From the sequence record NC_017972.1: a DNA stretch of 64,000 nt. The stretch is one strand, 5' to 3'. The notes under the pieces were generated by a model that was not told the origin of the DNA, ran no database searches, and saw nothing but the letters and a program-made list of their open reading frames with translations. Of the stretch, positions 1-9,200 are shown in pieces (position 1 is the stretch's first letter; each line of letters starts with the position of its first letter). A program made the position numbers and the translations under genes.

Positions 1-18
1 CCAATATCCGACATTGAT

Positions 19-441
19 TTACACCTCTTCCGCTTGTGGAATCGCCGAGCTGTAATGACCGGCCATCGCGATCAGGAAGGAAGCCACAGACAAAACAAAT
101 TCGTGATGAATATGCGGCAGATTCAGCGGCTCCGGTTCACCCCACGGGAACATACGCCAGCTGCGGCGATACCAGATATTCACGTCTGCCAGTTTGTTGA
201 TTTCTTGGCCCAGTGCTTCGGCTTCGGCTACGTCTTCTGCGCTAGGCTCGGCGTGGAAACGTACCCACTGGTCAAGGTCTTTCACACCCGCGATATAATA
301 TTCGCGCTCTTCCGGCGTCAGCTCTTCCCATTTGCGCCACTTATAGCCGCATAGCGCTGCGTAAGAGGCGATCATGCAATAGGCCATAAAGGCGTTTTGC
401 GGTTCATCGTAAACAACATAAGTGGTTTCGTATTGGCTCAT
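19..441 (-). CDS. hypothetical protein, weak resemblance to phage RyR-domain proteins
   Basis: 140 aa ORF coupled to the upstream gene by overlap; WEELTPEEREYYIAGV resembles the N-terminal half of phage RyR-like proteins. Confidence 0.6.
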   Translation of the reverse strand: MSQYETTYVVYDEPQNAFMAYCMIASYAALCGYKWRKWEELTPEEREYYIAGVKDLDQWVRFHAEPSAEDVAEAEALGQEINKLADVNIWYRRSWRMFPWGEPEPLNLPHIHHEFVLSVASFLIAMAGHYSSAIPQAEEV

Positions 442-881
442 GATTCCGTCACCAGATAAGGGGAATCGGCGTGGCCGCTAATGGCCAACACCGATCCAGT
501 GCCTGTCTTGAATATTAACAGTTTTTGCTTGTACGACGTTACCGGCATCTGTTCAAAATCAAACGACTCGCGCTTATTGCACGATACGATCAGCTTATGC
601 TCAGACAGATCGGCCTTTGACGCATCCGCGACAACGAACAAATGCCCGTAGATTGAACCACGGGCATTCACGAAGTTGTACATTTTGCAGAAGCGGTTTA
701 ACTCATACGGATTTTCGTAGTCAATGTGCATTGGCGTGTTCACCAACGGACGAAAAAACAAACCGATATGGTAGCCGTCGTGTGCGCTTCCGAACTCTTC
801 AAAAACATCCACTTGGCGAACCGTATGCGTGAACGTATCCGCCAAGCTAAAAATTGGACTTACATCCGGGCGCCTAATCAT
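438..881 (-). CDS. hypothetical protein
   Basis: 147 aa ORF with 4-nt overlaps to both neighbours. Confidence 0.7.
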   Translation of the reverse strand: MIRRPDVSPIFSLADTFTHTVRQVDVFEEFGSAHDGYHIGLFFRPLVNTPMHIDYENPYELNRFCKMYNFVNARGSIYGHLFVVADASKADLSEHKLIVSCNKRESFDFEQMPVTSYKQKLLIFKTGTGSVLAISGHADSPYLVTES

Positions 882-2020
882 TTGGCCTCGTCGTATGTTC
901 CGATCAGCGTGAGTTTACCGCCATCGACTTTTGTTTCCAGCCGGTAGGAGGACATGGCGCCCACCACCTTGTAAAAATTCATGTCGATTTCGATACCAGA
1001 AACTTTACCGAACAGGTCCATGAAAATGCGCGGGTCTACGCGAATATCCAGAGGCTTGCCGGTTACGCTGGCTTTGAATTTGTCAGAGACGCGACCGGCT
1101 TTACCCTGCACGCTCATGGTTGCTTCTTTCGCTTCAAGTTTCAAAGCCATTTTTGTTTCACCGTCCGACAGCACAGCCATGTTCGATACAACCGAAACGG
1201 CTTTGGTGTCGAAGGTCATTGCGCTAATGGTTTTCAGATCATCCAGCGCATTATTGTACTGCACGGCCTGCCCTACGTCGCCGTATATCAACTGGCCTTC
1301 TGGTAGCGATACCAAAAACGTGTCGCTGGTGGCTCGCACGCGACCGCCTTCAATAGAAAAAGAGATTTCATCGGAATCAATGAATTTCTCCAACACACCG
1401 AACGCTTTGGCAGGCAATGCAGTCTTGAGCGGTACGGCATTTTTCACTTTGGTTTTGAACAGTGCGACGTGGTGTTCGTCGTGGCAGTACACACGCATTA
1501 TCTTTTCGCCGACTTCAAAAATAATCGGCAATTCCGAACCGCCGTAGAAGTCGGTCAGGCGTACCCGCTTCACTGCATCGCGCAGTTTTGTCACAACTTC
1601 TTTTGGCATCGGTTTGGCTTTCTTGCCGACCATCTGATGCTCAAGCATTTGGATATCGTCAGCGTCGAAGTCTACCGCGTCAATTTGCGCAGTGAAATTG
1701 CCTTTCTTTTCCTTGAATGCGATCTTGCCACCGCCCGATTTGAAAACACAATCACTTCGGGATTTTAGCAGGCCGCACAACAGCATGGCGTCCACGCGAA
1801 TGGTGCCGGATTTCGTCGCTTCGCCATCGATCTTGGCACACGCCAGCGCATCGGTGGACGTGCCGATCAGGTAAACGCCTTTGCCTTTTTCGCTGGCAAT
1901 AATAAACTTGGCGTCGTCCGCTTTAATGTAGGTTGTAACGTTGTTGATCTTGGCGAACGTGGCGGCAATATCCTTGCCGTTCGCGATGAATTCCAGCTCG
2001 TTACCTTCGTGTAATTTCAT
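878..2020 (-). CDS. dnaN: DNA sliding clamp, bacterial beta-subunit type
   Basis: 380 aa, the length of a three-domain beta clamp; alternating beta/alpha pattern (GTIRVDAMLLCGLLKS, LPAKAFGVLEKF, FLVSLPEG); next to the DNA polymerase. Confidence 0.75.
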   Translation of the reverse strand: MKLHEGNELEFIANGKDIAATFAKINNVTTYIKADDAKFIIASEKGKGVYLIGTSTDALACAKIDGEATKSGTIRVDAMLLCGLLKSRSDCVFKSGGGKIAFKEKKGNFTAQIDAVDFDADDIQMLEHQMVGKKAKPMPKEVVTKLRDAVKRVRLTDFYGGSELPIIFEVGEKIMRVYCHDEHHVALFKTKVKNAVPLKTALPAKAFGVLEKFIDSDEISFSIEGGRVRATSDTFLVSLPEGQLIYGDVGQAVQYNNALDDLKTISAMTFDTKAVSVVSNMAVLSDGETKMALKLEAKEATMSVQGKAGRVSDKFKASVTGKPLDIRVDPRIFMDLFGKVSGIEIDMNFYKVVGAMSSYRLETKVDGGKLTLIGTYDEAK

Positions 2021-2382
2021 TGTTTTGTGTATCCGAAAATTGGCGCAAATTCGTAAGGCGTCATGGTGACGCGAGCGATCAGGGTTTCCGACTCTTCCTC
2101 ATACAGCAGGAAGCAATTCCAGTGGAAAACAAGTTGGAAACTATGCAGCACTCGGGATTCCAAAGTGTCGATCAGCATGTTCAGCGATTCGCTGGTGGCA
2201 ACCAGATCAAATTCACCGTCGTACACATGCTGGATGCACTGTTGCAGAAATTCCTGAAACTGCGCAAGGCGCGGATCAGTATCGTCCACGCCATGCACGT
2301 CAAACGCTATCAGGTGGATGGGAGAACCTTCTAGATTTTCACACCCTTCTTCTTCCAATATTTCGCCTGTTTCAGCGCCCAT
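2017..2382 (-). CDS. small acidic hypothetical protein
   Basis: 121 aa ORF filling the gap between polymerase and clamp; overlaps the polymerase end, start uncertain. Confidence 0.6.
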   Translation of the reverse strand: MGAETGEILEEEGCENLEGSPIHLIAFDVHGVDDTDPRLAQFQEFLQQCIQHVYDGEFDLVATSESLNMLIDTLESRVLHSFQLVFHWNCFLLYEEESETLIARVTMTPYEFAPIFGYTKQ

Positions 2383-5282
2383 TCGGGTCCGTCCTCTTTC
2401 ATACGGCTCATGATTAGTTTCATTGTCTTCTTAACGTCCACGTCGTACTTGAGCACGTCGCGCTGGCCTTCCAGAGTCTTTTTCAGAATCGTATCAAGGC
2501 TGTCCTTGTCTTTCATCCCGAAATCACCAGTGAGCGAATAGTTCCAGCCTTCGCACTGGTCGAGCGCATAACCAAATTCAAAGTCGATTGCCAACGGAAT
2601 GTCGAACTTGAATCCATGACGTTCAATCATCTGTTCTTCCACAGCAGAAGTCAGACCTTTTTCGATCATGGTAATTGCAAGCCAAACGTCCTCGTATGCG
2701 CAACTGAATTCGAGGGAGTCGTGTACGCTGTTCGCCTGAATGAAATCAGGATAATGGCCGGTCTTTTGGTAATGCTCAAAACGCTGGCGTTCAATCTGCC
2801 GTGCGCCTGTCATCATAAAGTCAGAACCCATGCCCTGTACTGGACTGTTTACAGATTGACGCTCAGAACGCGACAGGATGTTGCCCGCGTCTTCGTGTGA
2901 TTGCGGAGTCATCAGGCCCCACAGGTTACGACGACGGCCAAGCGGCGATTCCACATACAGGAATTTTCGTGCATGTTCTTTGATCTTGTCGAACCAACCT
3001 GCTCCCACCGGGAAGCGTTTAAAGAACTTGGTTGTCAGATCACGAACCATTTCCACCGTGGCGTCAATCGCCTTGGCAGTACCCTTTTCACCCTGTTGGT
3101 AAATCAGACCGAAAATTACCTGCTTAACGCTGTCCCGTTTCGGCTTCTCAATTTTCTCAATTGGAATTCGGAAGAAGAACGATGCGTTAACCTTGTGAAT
3201 GTCACCCTTGAGTTCCCATTCCTGCCCGAGTTCCTTGTTAGGTGCGGTGCGGAAACGGTCGCGCAAATCCATACCAACACGGAATGCTTTTGCTACATCT
3301 TTGTCGCCGGAAATCAGCGACCAGCAACGGACTTCGTGAACCGCATAGTCCACCTTGATAATGATTCGGCCTTTCGGCGAAACAAAAAGACGTTTGATCA
3401 GCTTACCCATTTTGCTTCGCGTTGGAATCGTCTGCAAAGTAGGATCGCGTGCCGATGTTCGACCGGTCACAACGTCAAGGTAGCCAAAGCGTGGCCGCAT
3501 ACAACGGTCATAACGGAAGTCTTCATCCTCCGACCACTTCTTAATAAAGCTTTTGACGTATGCGTTGTACAGCTTCTCGATTTTGGTCAGCTCGGTGAAC
3601 AAGGCAATCTCAGGAACATCCTTATATTTCTTCTGGAAGTCCTTGTCGATTTTGCCCTTGCCTTTCTTGTTGACCGACAGCGGTTTCAGCTTGAGCACTT
3701 CAAAGAACAAAAGCTCTTTGTGCTCGGATTTCCTGATGCTGAATAGCTGGGTTTTCGTGCGACCGAACAGGCCCATAGACGGCACGCCTGCGCGCTTCGC
3801 CAAAAGCTTGTTGGCTTTCTGCACACCCTCGGACGCATACAGCTCTTTGACGACGCGGTTACGTTCCTTAACAATGTGCGAATCTTTCGACTTCAACTGG
3901 AACAGCCAATCGATATCAACGAACGAACCGTTGAATTCAAGGTTGCTCAGCGTGTGAATCTGGTCGCTCAATTGGTGCGATACTACAGATTCGTATTTCT
4001 TGTAGCCAATTGTCTTAGCGTATTTCATTTGCAGACGATGAATATGCAGCAGCACGATCACGTCCACGGCCATGTACGTAAGCACCGGCCCTTCTAGTTC
4101 CATGTCCGCGATGAACGCCCGCTGCTCTTTACCGAAATCGGATTCGTAGTAAGCGCGACAGCCGTACTGCATCGTGATATTCAAAAGCGAATAATAGTTC
4201 CGCCCTGTAATACCGCGAATCGCTTTGTGGTTTTCATCCTTGGCAAACTCCGCCGCGATAACACACCACAGGCGGGTTTTGAACCAACGCACCCCGAGGT
4301 CACGACGCGCTGCAATCAGGTCGAACGCGGCGTTAGCGTAGAGGTTGTATTTGTTCTTGGATTTGTACTCGAAGTAATCCCGCAATTCCTTTTTGATATA
4401 CTCCAGCTCTTTCGGCAAGAACGGCGTATCCTTGTGGAACAGAGGGAGGATGAATGCCCTGCCGGTTTCCGTCGCAAACTGATACGTTACCGTATAGTTT
4501 TTTCGCCGGTTAAGCGACCGGGACTCGGTGTCGATAGCCACCACTTCGGCGTTGATAATCACCTTCATCATTTTGTCGAATTTCTTAATCGTATCTACCA
4601 TCACGATTTCATAATCCAACTTCGGAACCTTGTACATCAACTTGCCGTCATTGAGGGCAGTAGTCAGGTTCCGCGACACGTAACCAGCAGCCGCCATCGT
4701 TTCGTCGTCTTTCTGCAACGAACGAAGCGACAGGGTAGAAACGTGTTTGAATTTGTGGCGTTTGTCTTTGTGCGTAACCGTGGTTGAAATCGGCACGCCA
4801 TAGAAGTGTTGCCACTGAATGCCTTTGTTGCCGACGTGTTGCGAAATGTAATCGCCGTTTAGTGCTTTGGTCGGATCAGGTCCGAACGTTACAACGGTGT
4901 CCGGTTTGTAAGTGGTGATAATGTATTCAAGACGTTTCTTGAATTCCGCATGTGCAATTTCCATGAACGCAGGCACACCGCCTACGGTCTTAAAGCTGTG
5001 ATAGGAAATCGCCAACCAATTGTAATCGTCAAGCTTGTTCGGGGCCTTGTTGTAATCCTCAGCAGCCCATATCAGGTTGCCGAACAAATCCCCTGTAGCG
5101 CCATCGAAAATTTTCTTTCGACGGAGTGCCTCCCCCGGCATGTAGTCCAAAACAAACAGAATTTTCCCACGCGGCTTTTTGGTTGTGTGCTTCGCCAGTT
5201 GTACGTCATCGAAGCCGGTAACGTCGTACTGCCTTAGCGCCTTGCCGTATTTGTGGGTAAACTCTACATATTCATACTTCAT
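2331..5282 (-). CDS. polA: family A DNA polymerase with N-terminal UDG-like domain and 3'-5' exonuclease
   Basis: ExoI AIDTES, ExoII NAAFD, ExoIII YMAVD; TGRTSARDPTLQTIP; motif A DYAVHEVR, motif B KQVIFGLIY, motif C VHDS. Confidence 0.95.
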   Translation of the reverse strand: MKYEYVEFTHKYGKALRQYDVTGFDDVQLAKHTTKKPRGKILFVLDYMPGEALRRKKIFDGATGDLFGNLIWAAEDYNKAPNKLDDYNWLAISYHSFKTVGGVPAFMEIAHAEFKKRLEYIITTYKPDTVVTFGPDPTKALNGDYISQHVGNKGIQWQHFYGVPISTTVTHKDKRHKFKHVSTLSLRSLQKDDETMAAAGYVSRNLTTALNDGKLMYKVPKLDYEIVMVDTIKKFDKMMKVIINAEVVAIDTESRSLNRRKNYTVTYQFATETGRAFILPLFHKDTPFLPKELEYIKKELRDYFEYKSKNKYNLYANAAFDLIAARRDLGVRWFKTRLWCVIAAEFAKDENHKAIRGITGRNYYSLLNITMQYGCRAYYESDFGKEQRAFIADMELEGPVLTYMAVDVIVLLHIHRLQMKYAKTIGYKKYESVVSHQLSDQIHTLSNLEFNGSFVDIDWLFQLKSKDSHIVKERNRVVKELYASEGVQKANKLLAKRAGVPSMGLFGRTKTQLFSIRKSEHKELLFFEVLKLKPLSVNKKGKGKIDKDFQKKYKDVPEIALFTELTKIEKLYNAYVKSFIKKWSEDEDFRYDRCMRPRFGYLDVVTGRTSARDPTLQTIPTRSKMGKLIKRLFVSPKGRIIIKVDYAVHEVRCWSLISGDKDVAKAFRVGMDLRDRFRTAPNKELGQEWELKGDIHKVNASFFFRIPIEKIEKPKRDSVKQVIFGLIYQQGEKGTAKAIDATVEMVRDLTTKFFKRFPVGAGWFDKIKEHARKFLYVESPLGRRRNLWGLMTPQSHEDAGNILSRSERQSVNSPVQGMGSDFMMTGARQIERQRFEHYQKTGHYPDFIQANSVHDSLEFSCAYEDVWLAITMIEKGLTSAVEEQMIERHGFKFDIPLAIDFEFGYALDQCEGWNYSLTGDFGMKDKDSLDTILKKTLEGQRDVLKYDVDVKKTMKLIMSRMKEDGPEWALKQAKYWKKKGVKI

Positions 5283-5316
5283 AGCATGACCCGCAATATG
5301 TGAACCCCATGTCCTA

Positions 5317-5326
5317 TATTTACAGT
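5317..5326 (-). promoter_or_regulatory. ACTGTAAATA promoter-like motif upstream of polA
   Basis: recurrent motif, 34 nt before the start codon and just after a terminator. Confidence 0.7.
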
Positions 5327-5338
5327 TTTCGCAGACAC

Positions 5339-5374
5339 AAAAAACCCGCCAGTCCCTAATGAGAAAGGCGGGTT
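5339..5374 (-). terminator. intrinsic terminator
   Basis: AACCCGCC/GGCGGGTT stem followed by a U tract on the minus strand. Confidence 0.8.
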
Positions 5375-5379
5375 AGTCG

Positions 5380-5862
5380 TTAGAACAGACGCACATACCG
5401 ACAGATTTCATCGATACGGTCTTTGCACTCTTGCGGTGTTTCGTAGGCGAAGTGCTGGCGCCCCATCGTCAGCAGTGTTTCACTGGCGAGAGAGCGCACA
5501 CCTAGCTGCGTGTAAACTTCCCAGTTGATAGGAAGTTCATAAAGGCTTTTCGGCCCACCACGCAAAACTACTACGGGTTTGTGTTGGGGAGCCGCGTCGA
5601 TGAATCCCAAAAATCTAGGATGATCTTTCCACAACATCAAAGCGTATTCGGTGTCAGGAATTTCCTGAGTGGAAACGCCGTCGTCCAGCCCGTCAATCCG
5701 TGGTCCCCAAAACTCGCCAGAACCTAGACCGAAAAAGCCGAACAAATCAGACGTAAAGTGACCGGCCACCAATTGCGGGAAATTGGTAGTTAGAATCCGG
5801 TACTCTTTTCCGTTCACCTTGAGGTAGGCGTAGTGAAGCGCGATTTCACTACGCGTCATCAT
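5380..5862 (-). CDS. hypothetical protein
   Basis: 160 aa ORF followed by a terminator. Confidence 0.7.
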   Translation of the reverse strand: MMTRSEIALHYAYLKVNGKEYRILTTNFPQLVAGHFTSDLFGFFGLGSGEFWGPRIDGLDDGVSTQEIPDTEYALMLWKDHPRFLGFIDAAPQHKPVVVLRGGPKSLYELPINWEVYTQLGVRSLASETLLTMGRQHFAYETPQECKDRIDEICRYVRLF

Positions 5863-6226
5863 CGCCGCTTTCCTCGTTTGTTTCGGGGCGCACGCTCACC
5901 GGATTCGGAATCGGATTCGGCGTCGGCGTCACCGGCTTTGGGGCACGGGTACGCGTCTTAATGATTTCTGCCATTTTTTCCGGCGTCATGCTGCGGTGAT
6001 TCAGCAGGCGCTTTCCGTCCCAATACAAACCCTTCGGCAATTTGCCTTTTGGTGCGAATGGCAAACCGTTAGACGGTACGCCCGGAACGTATGCGTCTTC
6101 GCGCTCAAAAGCTTGTTTTGCGCGAATGCTTTCGCCACTCCAAATGCCGTCAATGGCACCCTTGTAAAAACCGAGGAACGCCAGCACGACCTGTTGCGCC
6201 ATCAGTTCTGCTTTACCAGTTTGCAT
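5849..6226 (-). CDS. peptidoglycan-binding-domain (PG_binding_1-like) protein
   Basis: QQVVLAFLGFYKGAIDGIWSGESIRAKQAFE fits the QxxLxxLGY-x-DGxxG-x-FQ pattern; Pro-rich tail. Confidence 0.65.
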   Translation of the reverse strand: MQTGKAELMAQQVVLAFLGFYKGAIDGIWSGESIRAKQAFEREDAYVPGVPSNGLPFAPKGKLPKGLYWDGKRLLNHRSMTPEKMAEIIKTRTRAPKPVTPTPNPIPNPVSVRPETNEESGDDDA

Positions 6227-6268
6227 AAATCCTCCAGTGCTAAATGGGCCTTCCTTGGCCCGTGCTAC

Positions 6269-9200
6269 TTAGCGGGTTTTGTATTTGAAGTTGATTTCGG
6301 TCAACTCTTTGATCGCTTGTTCTTTGTTCGACACAGTGACGTTGCGCGCCACTTCGTTGATCTTGGAACGCAGATCAGTTTTGTTTTTACCGAAATACAT
6401 CCACTCGCCATCACTGCGCTGCCACTTCACACCACCGCCCGGAATTGCTTTGCCAATGTGTTTGACAATGGCTGGGTTAGTGCGAATGTCCACGCAAAGC
6501 ATAACGTGCTCCTCGGTGAAAATCGGGAATACACGAACGGCTTTGCGGTTGCTGCTCATGCGTTTCTGCACGGCAAAGAATGCAGGCAGCTCACTTACCG
6601 GGGCCAGCTCAAGGCTGTACCAAAGTTTGTGAGTGTTTTTCGTACCCGTTTCAAAGGCGCTGTTAAGCTTCTCGAATAGGGTGTTGAAGCGAGTGTCCAC
6701 TTCAAAGTTATCGTAGAACCACTCGTAAATCGTGTGGAACTTTTTCTTGTTGTTGACGGTGATATACGCGTAGGCCGGAGTATGCTTGAAGCCGAATTCT
6801 TTCAGGCTTACTTCCTGCTCGGTTTCCATCATGGCTTCCAGAGTTGCAAAGCCGTGGTAGTACGCCGGGTGCAGAGAAATAGACGCGACTTCTTCGTCTT
6901 CATATTCCAGCTCTTCGTCTTCCACCTCTTCCTGCATAACGCCCATGTTCGGATCGTCGGTCGGCTTGAGTTTCTTGCCGCCGCCAATCTTGATCACGCC
7001 GCCAGTATCGTAGATACCGTCGTTGAGCGGTTTGCCTTTCTTCTCGTTCTCTTCGCGCTTGTCGCCGTCCGCTTTTTCTTTCTTGATGATGCTTACGTCT
7101 TTCTTCTCTTGCGCTTCGCGGATTTTCCGCTCCTTTTCTTCCAGCTCTTCCTGAGCCTTACGCTGTTTCTCCAGACGGATATTGCGCTTGTTGTTCCGTT
7201 CCTCTTCGGTGTTGGTCGCGTCGGTCGAAACGTCGAAGTATTTCGCTTCGTGTTCCGGCGATACCGGGTTAGTAGCCATGTAGCACATGCTAACCGGGAT
7301 GTTTTGACGGGAATCCATACCAGCAGGAGGATTTTTCAGGTTCACAACGATACTGGAAATTTCCTTGCTTCCTTTCTTCTTCAAGCGGAAGCCAACAATT
7401 TTACCAGTACCCCACTCGGTCAGAGCGGGTTTAGTGCGCATCCGGGCAACGTGGTCGGCGGCAAATTCCTTGTCACGCAACAGAACTTCGACGTTTACCA
7501 GACCCCAGTTGTGCGGATCGTTTACCTGCATGTTTGGAACGAACGGACGCATTTCCATTTCTTTCGCGCCAGCCACGTTCGGAGCAGCTTCGATCACAAG
7601 CATTTCTGCTTTGTTTTTCGCACGCATTTCCGCGAATTCTTTCGCTTCCACGGAGTTCAGGGCTTTGTAGTTTGTAACCATGTCGCCGAATGGTTCATCA
7701 CGCAGACCTGCGGTAGTTGCCAGCATTTCGATACTGAGGGAAAGACGGCGATCTTCCTTCTCGGTCAATACTTCGGCATTATTCAACAAGTCTTGATACA
7801 GCGGGTTTGCAGCTTCGGTGATTCGTGCGATACCGAAAGTTTTGGAAATAACGCGAGCAAGTTTTGCAACTTCCATCGTGTTATCAGCCAGTACCCAGTC
7901 GAGGAACACAACGTCACGGGTAAGACCGCCAGTGCCTTTCGCCGCTTCAATTGCGCCCTTAGCGTCTGGTCGCCATACACGGGCTGCGGTTTGGTTCAGT
8001 GCGCCCGGACCCCAAGGGGCTTCGGCACGAATCATACGCGATGCCAATTGCAGGTTGTGACCTTCGGACATGCCCTGTTCGTTGGCGATCAGAATCTGAA
8101 TTTTGTCATCAGTTTTAAACTGGTTAAACATCTTGACTTTATCAGGTTCGTCACCAGTGAACTTCACAGCTTGATCTTTGTAGTTCGGCGGCAACGCATC
8201 GTAAACAGCGGACGCGGAGTGGTTGAAACGGGTGATAATGATCAGCTTGCCGCGAGGCTCAGCTTTCCAATATTCGCTGTTTTCGTCAGGCGGCAGACCG
8301 ATTTGCGAATCCGGCAATTTAACGCGAATTTCGCCGTCGGTGTATTTCCGCGCAACGTACAGCTGCCCGTTGTGCTCGACCAGATCAAGCTCGACGTATT
8401 GCTTATTGCGCTTCCACTGGTCAGGGTTGAAGTGCTTGTGAACGAGGTTAGCGATATACGACGCTTTCCGCGAAACAAAACCTTCGCCCATGTCGCCGAA
8501 TACTTCTTCAAACGCAGGATCGTACTGCGGAGCAATAATCAGACGCTCGAAACGTGCGAGGTGTTTCTCCCACATTTTCTGCGACAGATGCTCGCCAGCA
8601 AAGTCTTCGTCGTTATCCTCAAACTTATTGTCGCCTGCTGGGCCATCGTCTTCGGAGTCCCGGTCAACTTCGCGATCCAGCTCTTTGTTAGCAGCCTTTT
8701 CCGCTTTCTCTTTCTGAATCATCAAGTTTGCAATTTGTTCTGTGGTTTGTTTCAGAACAAGTTTGTACAGCTCTTCGTGCAAACGTTGCTGTTCGATTTC
8801 TGCCGGAGTAGTACCGTCCACGCCGTCGAAGTCCACCATTGGAACCGGGTGGAAACTCTCAATTGCAGACGGCAGCATGTAAGCCCAATCCTTTTTGTTT
8901 TTCACAATAAAGGAAATGTAGTTACTCAGCTTATCCACTGCGCGCTTACCGTTGAGCGGGGTAAACGTACCGATAACACGATCACCGGCTTTTACCACAC
9001 TTTCTTGTGCGTCGGCGTTCGGGTTAATGTTTGCAATGTCGCCAGCACGGAAAACGTGCGGAGCTTTCAGTGCAATTTGACCTTCGATATCCTTTGCACG
9101 GTCAGGCATGATCGTACCGGTCAACAGGCGCAACCATTTAACCGTAGTCGAAGTGGTCAGAGCCTTAACCGCACGGTGACGCGCAGACGTGAAGTTTTTC

